A stretch of DNA of 64,000 nucleotides. Source: Microcoleaceae cyanobacterium. GTDB lineage: Bacteria; Cyanobacteriota; Cyanobacteriia; Cyanobacteriales; Microcoleaceae. Of this stretch, positions 20,413-31,975 are shown in pieces (position 1 is the stretch's first letter; every line of letters starts with the position of its first letter). The translations under genes were made by a program, and so were the position numbers. The notes under the pieces are model-generated. The model saw nothing but the letters and a program-made list of their open reading frames with translations. It made no database searches and was not told where the DNA came from. The DNA lies in the NCBI GenBank assembly GCA_051652765.1, contig JBOFUV010000097.1:1-64000 (forward strand). The letters are read 5' to 3'.

Positions 20413-23400
20413 TTACGATGAGGCTGTAACTGCAACCTTTTCAGTTAAAGGCTTTGAGCTGGCTTCAGGAGTATTTGCCTCAGAAGGGGGCACAACCTGC
20501 CAAAACTTGGGTAAGGACTCTGCCCAATTCTCTAGAATCCCCTGGGCCTTGGCGCTGCCTGTATGTTCAACGTGCTGCTCAATGAGGTGCCTTAACTGGG
20601 CTTCTCCGGCAGGAGTACAGACCCGTTGAGCTTTAACGATTTCAGGATTAACCCGTTCCAGGAACCGTTCGTCCTCATCCAGGAAGTAGCCAATCCCTCC
20701 GGTTTGACCTGCGCCAACATTCCGACCCACCTTCCCCAAGACAACAACCACTCCTCCGGTCATGTACTCACAACAGTGATCTCCGGCCCCCTCAATCACC
20801 GCTTGACCCATAGAGTTCCGAACCGCGAATCGCTCTCCAGCTTTACCCAGAGCGTAGAGGGTTCCACCCGTGGCACCATACAAACAGGTATTGCCAATAA
20901 TGACATTCTCAGAGGGGTCATAGGCGGCCTCGGCGGGAGGCTTGATCACAATTTCGCCACCATGGATGCTTTTGCCCACATAGTCATTGGCTTCTCCAGT
21001 CAGAATCAACTGCATTCCCGATAAATTGAAGGCTCCAAAACTCTGGCCAGCAGAACCATGAAAGTTAATCCGCAATTGTCCTTCAAAGCCATCATCGCCA
21101 TAGAGAGAAGCAATTCGACCTGCAATTCTCGCCCCTACGCTGCGATCCGTATTGACAATTCGAACTGTTTTGGTGACGTTCCCCTGATTCAGAATCGCTG
21201 TGTCAATATCGGTATCTTCCAGCAACACATCATCTAGTACCGGGCCATTACTGTGAACGTCCTCATGAACTAGCCAATCCCGTTCCGTGCGAGTGTCTGG
21301 CAAATGCAGCAAACAATCCAGGTTTAAGCCTTGAGTTTTGGCTAACTGAACTCCATCCCGCAGTTTGAGTAAATCCGACCGTCCAATAATCTCGTTCAAA
21401 CTCCCATAGCCCAGCCGAGCCAATAGCTGACGAACTTCTTCACCCACAAAATAAAAGAAGTTAACCACATGCTGCGGCGTGCCGGGAAATCGCTTGCGAA
21501 GTTCTTCTTTCTGACTGGTAACGCCCACAGGACAACCATTCGTATGGCAAATGCGAGCCATAATACAGCCCTCAGCAATCATGGCAATTGTGCCAAACCC
21601 ATATTCTTCCGCTCCCATCAAGGCTCCCATAATCACATCCCAGCCCGATTTAAAGCCACCATCCACCCGCAACTTAACGCGATCGCGCAGTTGATTTTCC
21701 AATAAAACCCGATGGACTTCTGTTAGCCCCAGTTCCCAAGGAGCGCCTGCATGTTTGATAGAAGAAAGGGGAGAAGCGCCTGTACCGCCGTCATGACCAG
21801 AAATCTGAATATAATCAGCGTTGGCTTTGGCTACCCCCGCTGCCACTGTTCCAATCCCGATCTCTGCTACCAACTTGACAGAAACGGTTGCCTGGGGATT
21901 AATTTGGTGCAGGTCAAAAACCAACTGAGACAAGTCCTCGATCGAGTAAATATCGTGATGTGGAGGAGGAGAGATCAGGGTGACTCCCGGCTTAGAACGG
22001 CGCAACATGGCAATGTAAGGGCTGACCTTGGCCCCAGGCAGTTGTCCTCCCTCCCCTGGCTTAGCCCCTTGGGCAATTTTAATTTCTACAGACTTGGCAT
22101 TCATCAAATAAGAGGGAGTCACCCCAAAGCGCCCAGAAGCCACTTGTTTAATCGCTGAATTGGCACTATCTCCAGGTTTCAATCCCTTTAAATTGGGTCG
22201 AGTCGGGGAAAACCCTGAAGCATCCACATCTTCAAAGGGCTGGAACCGCACTGGATCTTCTCCGCCTTCTCCAGAGTTGGATTTCCCGCCAATTCGGTTC
22301 ATGGCGATCGCTAGGGTTTCATGGGCTTCTGGGGATAAAGCCCCCAAAGACATTCCTCCCGTGCAAAAACGCCGGACAATTTCTGTCACCGATTCAACGT
22401 CTTCTAGAGGAATTGGAGGGCGATCGCTCTTGAAATCCAGCAAATCTCGCAATGCCGAAACCGGTCGTTGTGCTAAATGCTGCTGATAAACTTCATAAAA
22501 TTCAAAGTTCGGGAGCGCAGGTTCAGAATGAGCTGGTATTGACTTCCCATTGACTTCCAACCCTACAGGTTGGTCACTGAGTTGGTCATGCTGTTCTGTC
22601 TGTTCCGACTTAACCTTGGCCCTGACCGCCTCATGGAGGGCTTTGGCCAAGTCAGGGCTATTGCCGTGGTGTTCTCCCCGTCTGAAATAGTTCATGAAGC
22701 CGTAATTCTCCAGCTTCTTCTGTTCCATCTCTGGAAACGCCTTGCTATGAAATTGACTGACCTCTTGGCTGAGTTCTGCCAGGGTTAATCCACCAATCCG
22801 GGAAGCAGTTCCCAAAAAGCCTAAATTCAACAAGTCTGCACCAATGCCAATGGCCTCAAAGATTTGGGCAGCTTGATAACTGGGCAGGAGGGAAATCCCC
22901 ATCTTAGAGAGGATCTTCAATAGCCCTGCCTCTACTGCTTGCCGATAATTATTCTGGGCTTGCTGCACCGTAATTTGAGGCAACTTACCCCGTTCCATCG
23001 CCTTTTGATTTTTGGGTTCGGCCCACCAATGACGCACACTTTCCAACGCCAGGTAAGGACAAACCGCCGAAGCCCCATAGCCAATCAAACAGGCAAAATG
23101 ATGGGTACTCCAGCATTGGGCCGTTTCGACCAGGAGGGAAACTTTAAGGCGATTGCCCTGGTGAATGAGATAGTGGTGAACCGCACCGATGGCCAACAAA
23201 GGAGGAACGTAGGTCAGATGAGCATCCAGGCCCCGATCACTTAACACCACAATTTCCTTACCTTGATTCACCGCTGCATCAGCTTGCTGGCAAAGGCGTT
23301 GAACGGCAGTGGTGAGCCCCTCTGGCCCATCAGCAATCGGATACAGGGTTGATAAAGTGATTGCCGCAAACTTGGCTTTCGACGAGCCATTCTGCACCTC

Positions 23401-25230
23401 GATTTCAGCGTGTTGAATCGCCGCCAGTTCAGCGTCGTTGAGCACTGGAGAAGCGATCTCTAACATCCGGGCATCTTCCGGTTTGGGTTGCAGCAGATTT
23501 CCCCGTGCTCCTAGGTGCATATTCAATGCCATCACCACTCGCTCTCGCAACGGATCAATAGGCGGGTTCGTCACTTGAGCAAATCGCTGCTTGAAATAGT
23601 CGTAAAGTAAGTGGGGTTTGTCTGAGAGTACCGCCAAAGGAATATCATCGCCCATGCAGAACGTGGGTTCCTTGCCCAAGCTGGCCATATCGGCAATGAT
23701 CATATCCATGTCCTCTGCCCCATACCCAAAGGCAGTTTGCAGTCGTAGCCAATCTTCATCTCCAATCTGAGGCGTTTCCTGGAAGGGCTGAGGTGATAAC
23801 GCTACCCGATAGTGGTCAAGCCATTGTCCGTAGGGGAACTGACTCGCAACCTGTTGCTTAATCTCCCAGTTTTTTAAAACATGATGGGTTTCTAGATCGA
23901 CTGCCAGCATTTCCCCTGGCCCTAGACGACCTTTTTCAACAATGTCTGCCTCCGGCAGATCAACGACTCCCGCCTCGGAAGCCACGATCACGAGGTTGTC
24001 TTTAGTAATACAGTAACGGGCTGGGCGTAAGCCGTTGCGATCTAGGGTTGCGCCCACCTGTTTGCCATCGCTAAAGATCAACAGCGCTGGGCCATCCCAG
24101 GATTCCTGTAGACAACTGTAATACTCGTAAAAGTCAACAATCTCCTCCCGCCCCTTCAATTCAGGCTGGTCGTTGTAGGCTTCTGGCACCATAATCATCA
24201 TGGCCTCTAAGGGCGATCGCCCTGACCGCACCAGCAACTCAAAAACATTATCCAAGTTAGCAGAATCGCTGCTGTTGACATCGACGAAGGGTTTCAACAT
24301 AGCAATCCGCTCTCCCCAGAGGGGATGGGTCAAAACCCCCTCTCGGGCTCTAATCCAGTTGATATTTCCTAACAGTGTATTGATCTCACCATTGTGGCCC
24401 AAAAGTCGCATAGGCTGGGCTAGAGACCAGCGAGGTAGGGTATTGGTACTGAAGCGACGATGATAAATCACAAATGTCGTCTTATAGTTCGGGTCTTGCA
24501 AGTCCAGGTAGAACTCGCCCAGAACAGCCGAACGCACCATGCCCTTGTAAATAATCGTGCGACAGGAAAGAGAGCAGATATAAATATCTTGTCCCCAAAT
24601 AAACCCTTGAAGTTTGAGGGCAACTCCAACGGAGCGACGGGCAAGATACAGGCGACGATCTAGTTCATCCCCGGTATAACCCTCCAAAGAAGACACAATC
24701 ACCTGTTCGATGGTGGGCTGATTATCCCGCGCTTGGGGGCCTAATACCTCTGGGTTAACTGGAACCTGCCGCCAACCTAAGACCGTTAACTGCTCGCTCA
24801 ACAAAGTTTCTGCAATAATCTGACGGGCGATCGCGGCTTGTGCTTCGTCCTGAGGCAAAAACACCATGCCAATCCCATAGGTTTCTCGCAACTGGCTCTC
24901 AGGTTGTGAACTGAGTTGAGCGACAGTTCCTGAAGCCTGGAATAACTCCCAAGGAATTGCGGTGAGAATCCCTGCTCCATCCCCAGAATCATAGTCAGCA
25001 CTGCACCCCCCCCGGTGTTCTAGGCAAGTTAAAGCAGGAAGCGCCTTCAGGAGTAACATGTGGCTGGGAACCCCTGAAAGGTCTGCAATAAAACCTACGC
25101 CACAAGCATCCCGTTCTTCGACTAGCCACCGCTGACCGGGAAAAGGCACACCCTTGGAAGATTCACTAGCGGAATATTGACTGGAACTCTGACAAAAACT
25201 ACGATTTGTGCTCATCCTGACCTGATCCAT
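20413..25230 (-). CDS. glsF: Ferredoxin-dependent glutamate synthase (GOGAT)
   Basis: ERDA/CGVGF Ntn-amidotransferase start, FMN domain, [13 protein letters not shown] 3Fe-4S motif, GXGXG domain; no small subunit adjacent; ATG at 25230 preferred. Confidence 0.95.
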   Translation of the reverse strand: MDQVRMSTNRSFCQSSSQYSASESSKGVPFPGQRWLVEERDACGVGFIADLSGVPSHMLLLKALPALTCLEHRGGCSADYDSGDGAGILTAIPWELFQASGTVAQLSSQPESQLRETYGIGMVFLPQDEAQAAIARQIIAETLLSEQLTVLGWRQVPVNPEVLGPQARDNQPTIEQVIVSSLEGYTGDELDRRLYLARRSVGVALKLQGFIWGQDIYICSLSCRTIIYKGMVRSAVLGEFYLDLQDPNYKTTFVIYHRRFSTNTLPRWSLAQPMRLLGHNGEINTLLGNINWIRAREGVLTHPLWGERIAMLKPFVDVNSSDSANLDNVFELLVRSGRSPLEAMMIMVPEAYNDQPELKGREEIVDFYEYYSCLQESWDGPALLIFSDGKQVGATLDRNGLRPARYCITKDNLVIVASEAGVVDLPEADIVEKGRLGPGEMLAVDLETHHVLKNWEIKQQVASQFPYGQWLDHYRVALSPQPFQETPQIGDEDWLRLQTAFGYGAEDMDMIIADMASLGKEPTFCMGDDIPLAVLSDKPHLLYDYFKQRFAQVTNPPIDPLRERVVMALNMHLGARGNLLQPKPEDARMLEIASPVLNDAELAAIQHAEIEVQNGSSKAKFAAITLSTLYPIADGPEGLTTAVQRLCQQADAAVNQGKEIVVLSDRGLDAHLTYVPPLLAIGAVHHYLIHQGNRLKVSLLVETAQCWSTHHFACLIGYGASAVCPYLALESVRHWWAEPKNQKAMERGKLPQITVQQAQNNYRQAVEAGLLKILSKMGISLLPSYQAAQIFEAIGIGADLLNLGFLGTASRIGGLTLAELSQEVSQFHSKAFPEMEQKKLENYGFMNYFRRGEHHGNSPDLAKALHEAVRAKVKSEQTEQHDQLSDQPVGLEVNGKSIPAHSEPALPNFEFYEVYQQHLAQRPVSALRDLLDFKSDRPPIPLEDVESVTEIVRRFCTGGMSLGALSPEAHETLAIAMNRIGGKSNSGEGGEDPVRFQPFEDVDASGFSPTRPNLKGLKPGDSANSAIKQVASGRFGVTPSYLMNAKSVEIKIAQGAKPGEGGQLPGAKVSPYIAMLRRSKPGVTLISPPPHHDIYSIEDLSQLVFDLHQINPQATVSVKLVAEIGIGTVAAGVAKANADYIQISGHDGGTGASPLSSIKHAGAPWELGLTEVHRVLLENQLRDRVKLRVDGGFKSGWDVIMGALMGAEEYGFGTIAMIAEGCIMARICHTNGCPVGVTSQKEELRKRFPGTPQHVVNFFYFVGEEVRQLLARLGYGSLNEIIGRSDLLKLRDGVQLAKTQGLNLDCLLHLPDTRTERDWLVHEDVHSNGPVLDDVLLEDTDIDTAILNQGNVTKTVRIVNTDRSVGARIAGRIASLYGDDGFEGQLRINFHGSAGQSFGAFNLSGMQLILTGEANDYVGKSIHGGEIVIKPPAEAAYDPSENVIIGNTCLYGATGGTLYALGKAGERFAVRNSMGQAVIEGAGDHCCEYMTGGVVVVLGKVGRNVGAGQTGGIGYFLDEDERFLERVNPEIVKAQRVCTPAGEAQLRHLIEQHVEHTGSAKAQGILENWAESLPKFWQVVPPSEANTPEASSKPLTEKVAVTASS

Positions 25231-26174
25231 AGGATAACTAATAAATATTGGAGCTGGACTGAGGAAGAACCCAGCAGAACCACAACCTGAACGCTTTACA
25301 GAAGCATTAAATCCTGAAGCTGACTTGGCTTCCTCCAAACAGAATTGAGAAAAGGCTAAAACAACTCAGGAACGTACCTTTCTCAAAAATCGGGAAAGGT
25401 CTCTATTTTAGAATATTTGAGATCAAATAGCCTGAGATTTTTGGCAACTCAGGAGCAAAAAAACCTCCAACGGCATTAGAGACTCAGCAAAAAAGTCACT
25501 CTCTGACAAAAAATAACGGGTAGAAACAACGGAAGGCACTGAGAGTAATACTGTTGATGAGATCAGCCTATAACAAAAAGTATTAAGCACCTAGAATTAC
25601 AAAAGCGTTAACAATACTGTTTGACCCACAACCCTGATCTCACCTCTATCGAACCCAAGCCGATATTCTCCCTATGGCAGTGATTATATTAAAACAGGCA
25701 ACCATAGCAGAGTGTTCACCCTGCACTAATTTATCTTATATTCATAGGGTGCTGTACCTATTGCTATCCAGAATACACGTTTTGCAGTCAAGAGAACTTA
25801 ACAAATCAGTAAACAAAGTTTAAAGCTCCTGTAAAACGACAGAGTGTGTCGTAAAGCTTCGATAAGAATGCCTGGTTCCGTATATTCAGGGATGACAGCT
25901 TAGGGGGGAGATTTGTTATGGTTATAGTTAGCATTTCTACAGGGACTGGTTCGGAATTGGCCTAGTCAGGGTCGTTTTTGCGGGGCAGTCTGGTTTTTAA
26001 GCTTGCCAGTTTATCTGTGATCGCTCATGGGACAGCTTGGTAGTGTCAGGTCTGAGTGCTTAGATCGCCTGAAATATTAGACATCTGAAATAGTGGTGTA
26101 CTAATTGCTCTGAAGTGCTAACTCTAACTATTCAATTCACTGTTCAGTTCATCGTATCTAGTAGGAAAAACCTA

Positions 26175-26600
26175 ATGGTTGCTATTCAAGAACTCTCTCA
26201 GAACGCCATCTCACGTCCGTCTGGTTCTGTTCACGGTATTGCCTCAACAGAACTACGTCCCTGGGGTTCATTTACTATTCTAGAAGAGGGGCCCGGATAC
26301 AAAATTAAGCGAATTGAGGTCAATCCTGGACATCGACTCAGCCTCCAGATGCACCATCATCGTAGTGAACACTGGATTGTTGTCTCTGGAACTGCAAAAG
26401 TTACTTGTGATGCAATTGAGAGCATTCTTTTTGCCAATCAATCGACTTATGTTCCGCAATGCAAATCTCACCGTTTGGAGAATCCTGGTGTCATTCCTCT
26501 CGTGTTGATTGAAGTTCAAAATGGTGAATATCTTGGAGAAGACGACATTGTTCGTTTTCAGGATGATTACTCCCGTGCCCCTGCCAAAAAAGGCAATTAA
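26175..26600 (+). CDS. Phosphomannose isomerase type II C-terminal cupin protein
   Basis: RPWG, SLQMHHHRSEHW and EVQNGEYLGEDDIVRFQD motifs. Confidence 0.9.
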   Translation: MVAIQELSQNAISRPSGSVHGIASTELRPWGSFTILEEGPGYKIKRIEVNPGHRLSLQMHHHRSEHWIVVSGTAKVTCDAIESILFANQSTYVPQCKSHRLENPGVIPLVLIEVQNGEYLGEDDIVRFQDDYSRAPAKKGN

Positions 26601-26696
26601 ACCGGGAAAAAATTGGGTCTGAGGATGAAAAAGCTGATAATCTATTTCAATAGTTTCAGTCCTTGGGTAAGTTCTCAGTCCCCCAATCTTTAGACT

Positions 26697-27023
26697 ATGA
26701 TTCAGATTACGAACACTGGTGTTAAGGAAATTCTTCGTCTTAAGATCAGGCAGGCAGAAGCGCAGTCCCTGGTTCGACTGGGCCTCCATTTAGGAGGATG
26801 TTATGAATGGTCATACAAGTTGGAGTTCAGTCAGCAATTAGGGCCAACTGATGTAGTTTATAAGTGCGATCAAGTCCAGGTCGTTATTGATGAGCAGGAT
26901 CTTCGGTATGTTGAGGGACTGACTATAGACTACTCAGAGGACTTAATGGGCGGCGGGTTTCGCTTTCATAATCCCAATGCTTCTCAGACGTGTGGATGTA
27001 GTTATTCGTTCACTGCCAAGTAG
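26697..27023 (+). CDS. HesB/IscA family Fe-S cluster assembly protein
   Basis: GGC and GGGFRFHNPNASQTCGC motifs. Confidence 0.92.
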   Translation: MIQITNTGVKEILRLKIRQAEAQSLVRLGLHLGGCYEWSYKLEFSQQLGPTDVVYKCDQVQVVIDEQDLRYVEGLTIDYSEDLMGGGFRFHNPNASQTCGCSYSFTAK

Positions 27024-27114
27024 CCCTTTAGTCCACTAATGTGGTGATTAGATGGCGATTCTAGAGAATGGGCCAAATAACCTCAGCCAGTAAGAACATC
27101 TGTCAGCAAACTGA

Positions 27115-27456
27115 CTAAGGTTGATTCGTGTCGAGTCCTTTCCTGACCTGAGCTAGAAACTTTTCGCAGGTGGGGCTAGAGCTTTTAACAGTTAGCTCGT
27201 TACTATTTGACATTGTGATTTGCAAGTTAGGATTTCTCTGACGAAAGCTTTGCCCAATCTTGTTTCCTAATTGTTCGGCTTCAGTTTCAGTGATCAAGCC
27301 TTGAGCTAAGGCAACGTCTATCGTTGCACACATTCCCCCGGCAGCGCCGATCACCGTTCCAGCAGAACCCCCTCCCAACAACCCTAAGCTGCCACCCAGT
27401 AAAAACCCTAAGATTCCTGTACTCAACGCAATCAGGAAAACATAAATTAATTTCAT
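27115..27456 (-). CDS. Hypothetical membrane/secreted protein with glycine-rich hydrophobic N-terminus
   Basis: ATG at 27456 gives MKLIYVFLIALSTGILGFLLGG...; the longer ORF-track start looks spurious. Confidence 0.6.
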   Translation of the reverse strand: MKLIYVFLIALSTGILGFLLGGSLGLLGGGSAGTVIGAAGGMCATIDVALAQGLITETEAEQLGNKIGQSFRQRNPNLQITMSNSNELTVKSSSPTCEKFLAQVRKGLDTNQP

Positions 27457-28093
27457 CAGTGACCTCTCAATTTCTAGATTAATCAGGATTTTTGCTGGCA
27501 AGATAATAGAAGAATTCTGAGAATTCTTCAACCATTCTAGAAAATTCAACGGAGCGAACATCATAGTGTCAACTTCGTTGAGATGTGTCCTGTAGGAATT
27601 GGTTTGAAAATCAAGCACTACTGGGCTTTCAAACCAATCAAATATAACTGATCACCTGGATTAACGATTGTAGGTGGGCATACACAGTTGAGTCACTCTC
27701 CATAGCCTCCTGCCAAGGCTATTCCTTGCCAGATCTTGCCTCAGAGTTTTCACCCCTCGTATCCCCTCTCCTTTTTGTGGGAGAGATAAAACCCTGCTGT
27801 GACAGCATTTCATCTACTTGTGCGTAATACATAGAGCGTTTGAATAGACCTAAAACAGGTCAGCGATTCAGTAATGCACTTGCAAAAAAATTGCCGGGGC
27901 GGCAACTCGGCTGAGCCACAATTGTTGCTCAATTTGCAACTTAACCAGGGGAAATCTTTAGAAATTATTAAATTAAATTTTGCATCAAAGGTTAAATTAT
28001 TTAGAAGTAATTTAATCTTTGGCAATCTGCTGCTTAGGATAAAAGAGTAAGAAATAAATTTTTCTAGTACTCAAAAAATTAGGAGTTATCTTG

Positions 28094-28471
28094 ATGGATG
28101 CATTGATACAGCAACTGACCTCTTTAAATCGTAAAATCGACGCTTTGTACGAGTTGACCATGCAGATCAACGGCAAATTCACCTCTGGATTACCAGTAAA
28201 TCCAGCGCCTCAAGCTGTTTCTAGTGTGTTTAGTGAAAGTGTCTCTGTTCCTCAAACGTTGACTCACTCGTTCAGATACTCAGACCCTGAGTTTGAGCAC
28301 AAGGATGTTTTGAGTGATGATAATTATTTAGAAACAGGTATGATTTATCGACAGGAGCCGGGTTTAACTTCAGATATTCAAATTCAACGACTGACAGCGC
28401 AGTTGACAGCAGCCTACAATCGGATTGCGGCTCTCGAGGAGCAGTTGTTAGCAAGACGGACTCATTTTTAG
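28094..28471 (+). CDS. Conserved cyanobacterial coiled-coil hypothetical protein
   Basis: HKDVL and QIQRLTAQLTAAYNRIAALEEQLL motifs; AGGAG RBS. Confidence 0.8.
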   Translation: MDALIQQLTSLNRKIDALYELTMQINGKFTSGLPVNPAPQAVSSVFSESVSVPQTLTHSFRYSDPEFEHKDVLSDDNYLETGMIYRQEPGLTSDIQIQRLTAQLTAAYNRIAALEEQLLARRTHF

Positions 28472-28622
28472 TAGGAATAGTTAGCTAAAGTCGTTGGGTT
28501 GATTTAGAACAATACTTTAGAACAATACTCAAGTAATGCCTGTATTTCTGGGTAAGAGTCCTAACTCCAAGCTTCTCTATTTGCAAGCTTCATTGTGAGC
28601 TTTCTGATCCCCGCGAATCGCT

Positions 28623-29780
28623 TCAATTAAGACCTAAGCAGTGTTCCAGCAAGGCTTCAATCGTTTGCAGCAGTTGAATTTGACTCCAACCTTGACTGAG
28701 AGAGGCCGCGATTGCACAGCCCCCCGCCCCAACCCCTTCTTTGACGAACCCTTGTTCATAAGCCTGAAGCTGAGGATAGGCAGACGTTGCAAAACTGAGC
28801 TGAGTTGCAATTAAAGGAACTGTTCTAATTTCTTGGGCAAGGGCAACGGTATCTCCAGTCGGATCTTCTGCAACCCAACGGGTCGTCCCCACCACAACCT
28901 GTTCTGGCTGCCAAGGAAGGCATTCATAGGCAGCTAGGGCCTGAACGAGCTGATACACTGCCAACATCTGGGTTCCCCCAGCAAGTAGGACTCCAACCCG
29001 GCGACTGGCAGCAATTGTCATACCAGCAACAACAGCTTGCATCGGATCACCTACTGCTGCAACCAGCTTCAGGGGGTCAACTGAGAATATCCTCGACATC
29101 TTGAGTAGATCTCTGGATGACTCCTCTGAATCCGTCAAAGTCGGAACAGAGTAGCCTGCCTGATGCAATCCAGTGATCGCGATCGCCAGCTTTTGACTAT
29201 GGTTGCACTGAGGATGGCTACTGTTGACTTTTCCTTGAGCTGCAATTCCCAAGCCGAGAAGTACCGCCAAGGCTGTTGTTGTTCCGCCAACGACACATTC
29301 ACTCAGGATAAGATAACTGCCAACTGCCTTGGTCGCAAGGCGATCTCCCCACTCCAAACCCTGTTGGAATAGATGCTGTACTGTTTTTACAGGCAAAGCT
29401 TGACCTGAACTCACACACTCAGCAGCAACGCCACCGAGATTAACTACTGGAACAGCCGGAGCCACAGGCAAACCTGCATTAAACAGATCGACAGGAAAGG
29501 TTAACTGTTCAATCACGGCCCGCGAAATCAACACCGGGGAAGCCCCAGCCTGAAGGGGAGGAAGAGGATATTGGGGACGAAGTTGAGGGCCATTGTAGAG
29601 AAATTCAGCATCGGCGATACAGGTATATTTCCGATCTGCCGGAGTTGCCCCCGCAGCAGAAATTCCTGGAATCAGCCCAGTCTCAGTGAATCCCAAGACA
29701 CAAACAAAGCGAGGCTGTTTTCCTTGATAGTGCTGTAACCAGCGATCGCCGTGATCTATCGCAGTATAAACCCGAATCAA
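28623..29780 (-). CDS. cobT: Nicotinate mononucleotide-dependent phosphoribosyltransferase (cyanobacterial/archaeal CobT type)
   Basis: PGISAAG, ECVVGGTTTA, LAGGTQM and KEGVGAGG motifs. Confidence 0.9.
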   Translation of the reverse strand: MIRVYTAIDHGDRWLQHYQGKQPRFVCVLGFTETGLIPGISAAGATPADRKYTCIADAEFLYNGPQLRPQYPLPPLQAGASPVLISRAVIEQLTFPVDLFNAGLPVAPAVPVVNLGGVAAECVSSGQALPVKTVQHLFQQGLEWGDRLATKAVGSYLILSECVVGGTTTALAVLLGLGIAAQGKVNSSHPQCNHSQKLAIAITGLHQAGYSVPTLTDSEESSRDLLKMSRIFSVDPLKLVAAVGDPMQAVVAGMTIAASRRVGVLLAGGTQMLAVYQLVQALAAYECLPWQPEQVVVGTTRWVAEDPTGDTVALAQEIRTVPLIATQLSFATSAYPQLQAYEQGFVKEGVGAGGCAIAASLSQGWSQIQLLQTIEALLEHCLGLN

Positions 29781-29788
29781 TCCTGCTC

Positions 29789-30520
29789 CTAAGCCTCATA
29801 GTCCAGCAAAACTTGTACCCATTTTGGGGGACGTGAAATTGGATTTTGCAGTCGATCAAACATGAGTAAGCCAACGAGATGAACAATAAAGAGATAGATC
29901 ATGCTATTCACCAAAACCATCAGCACCGCAATTCCCTGAACAACCGTTAAACTGGGCTGTGCCAAAATTCCCAACCGAATAAAAATCCATTCCGCCAGTT
30001 CTGTAATTTGAGTGGTAGCGTAGAGCCACAAATCTCGACCCAGCAAAACTGAAAGCAACCAATACCGAAAGAAAAACCCGAACGCTCCAATAATTGTCCC
30101 AATCCCAATCGAAACAAACCAGGGGGCTTGTCGCTTCCAGATCTCCCCCAGCACTACCCCAAGCCAGCCATAGGGAATAATAAAACCAATACTGCGAGTT
30201 GGCCCCATCAGCACCGTTAGCAATAGCCCTGAGGTTAGGGCTCCCATCAACGCTTCCCGTCTTCCCCACCGCAGATATAACAGGGCGATTGGCAACGGAA
30301 AAAATACCCGCAGCAGTGGCCCCAGCGGAAAGTAGTAATTCACAAACCAGATCAGACTAGCCGCGCTAGCCAAAAAAGCAGTCTCTACCATCATGAGGGG
30401 AGAACTGAATTGAACAGCCGCTTGACTCGCTATTGACGAAGCTTGCAGATCACCAGAATGAGGAGATTGAACGGGTTGGGGTTCAGAAGTCGATAGGGGA
30501 TCAGAGGATAGGGGTTGCAC
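29789..30520 (-). CDS. DUF2232 membrane protein
   Basis: VETAFLAS and MGPTRS motifs; multiple TMs; usual neighbour of cobT and crp in cyanobacteria. Confidence 0.85.
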   Translation of the reverse strand: MQPLSSDPLSTSEPQPVQSPHSGDLQASSIASQAAVQFSSPLMMVETAFLASAASLIWFVNYYFPLGPLLRVFFPLPIALLYLRWGRREALMGALTSGLLLTVLMGPTRSIGFIIPYGWLGVVLGEIWKRQAPWFVSIGIGTIIGAFGFFFRYWLLSVLLGRDLWLYATTQITELAEWIFIRLGILAQPSLTVVQGIAVLMVLVNSMIYLFIVHLVGLLMFDRLQNPISRPPKWVQVLLDYEA

Positions 30521-30615
30521 AACAGTTTGCGAGGTTGAAAGTTAAAAAAACAATTCACTAAAGAACTTCATCGAACAGTTGAATGCCCTAGCCTAATCTG
30601 ACTAAGCAGAACTTG

Positions 30616-31323
30616 CTAGACCAACATCCGTTCTAGAGCATGAACATCTGGAATACTCAGTAGATCACGATCACGGTGAATCAATCCTTTCTTCTCTAGT
30701 TTACTCAGAACTCGAGTCACTGTCTCTCTCGCCAGTCCGCTGAGCCCACTCAGTTCTCGATGAGGCAGGTTGGGAATTTGAGTGCCCTGATCTGATAATT
30801 TTCCCTGTCCCTCCGCCAAAAACAACAAAATGTCTGCGACTCTAGAGGTACTGTCAGATTCCCGCAAGCGTAACCGCCGATTGACTTGACGCAAACGCCG
30901 CCCCATGAGCTGTGCTAGTCGAATTCCCGCGAGGGGCTCATGATTAATTAACTCCACAAAATCCTGGGCAGGCATGTTACCAATTAGGGTTGGAATCAGG
31001 GTAATGACATCCGTGGAGCGAGGGACTTCATCTAAAGCTGCCATTTCTCCAAAAATTTCCCCCTTGCCTAAAATATTCAGAGTAACTTCCTTTCCCTCTA
31101 GATTATAGGTTCGGATTTTAACCCAGCCATCAAGGATGAAGTACACCGAACTGCCCCAATCATTCTCCAGTAAAATCACCTGGTTGGCAGGATGCTGGCG
31201 ACCCACAACGTGAGCCGTTGCTTTTCCAATGGCCTCAGCCGGGAGACCCTTAAAAAATGCAGTGTCCAAAATGGTCTGAAGAATATCACTTTGAGGCTCG
31301 CGAGAAAAATGCCAATCGTCCAT
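30616..31323 (-). CDS. Crp/Fnr family transcriptional regulator (cAMP receptor protein-like)
   Basis: GEMAAL...PRST cNMP pocket; HTH LARETVTRVL. Confidence 0.92.
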   Translation of the reverse strand: MDDWHFSREPQSDILQTILDTAFFKGLPAEAIGKATAHVVGRQHPANQVILLENDWGSSVYFILDGWVKIRTYNLEGKEVTLNILGKGEIFGEMAALDEVPRSTDVITLIPTLIGNMPAQDFVELINHEPLAGIRLAQLMGRRLRQVNRRLRLRESDSTSRVADILLFLAEGQGKLSDQGTQIPNLPHRELSGLSGLARETVTRVLSKLEKKGLIHRDRDLLSIPDVHALERMLV

Positions 31324-31899
31324 GAGGGATACGCTTTAAAATAATGCGTCAATATAAAGAGAGAAAAAACAATTGCAAGGTTCGAAGTCAGAGCTAAATT
31401 GAAATTTAGAATTGAGATCTAGAATTGAAATTTAAAAGGCCCAAAGAAAATATCATTCCGTTGAACATTGCGTTACAAGTGCATAGTCGTACATTTAAAG
31501 ATACCATCATTTATGACTGAGCAGGATTTAGCCGATCAACACATCTCTCGAATCCTAAAGCTTGATAGCTCTAAGTCAATTCTTGAGTCCTAACCTGCTT
31601 TTCCGATGGCCAAGCAACGTCTACTCGCCTTTCACGCAGCCATATTCTAAACTTAATGTTTTAAACTTAGGATTCTAAACTCGATACTCTCAACTCGATA
31701 CTCTCAACTTCTTAGTCTCCTATCACTCTTATTACTAGGGAGGATACTTTCAACTTCATATCAGGTTTTATGGCTTTTTTTTGCTAATTGATGTTGTGGC
31801 CTCTCTGCCCAGCTAGGGTTTTACACGCCGTTTCCATCTTTTACAGCAATTTTTAGATGAATAGATTTCTCACAAGATGGAAAGTGGGCAGTGGGAAAT

Positions 31900-31928
31900 A
31901 GGGTAAAGGAGCTATACCCCTTTACCCT
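31900..31928 (-). terminator. Hairpin downstream of the DUF3854 gene
   Basis: AGGGTAAAGG / CCTTTACCCT perfect 10-bp stem about 48 bp after the stop codon. Confidence 0.55.
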
Positions 31929-31975
31929 GAGCAGGAAACGATTTTGCCCCAGCCACTGCTCATGAGTCATCCCAG

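Noticed and set aside
25231..25338. N-terminal extension of glsF in the ORF track
   Set aside because: Non-ATG start and no family-like sequence; ATG at 25230 is more plausible
25231..26174. Glutamine riboswitch or other ncRNA in the glsF/PMI intergenic region
   Set aside because: No matching conserved core found by eye on the relevant strand; an Rfam search is needed to exclude it
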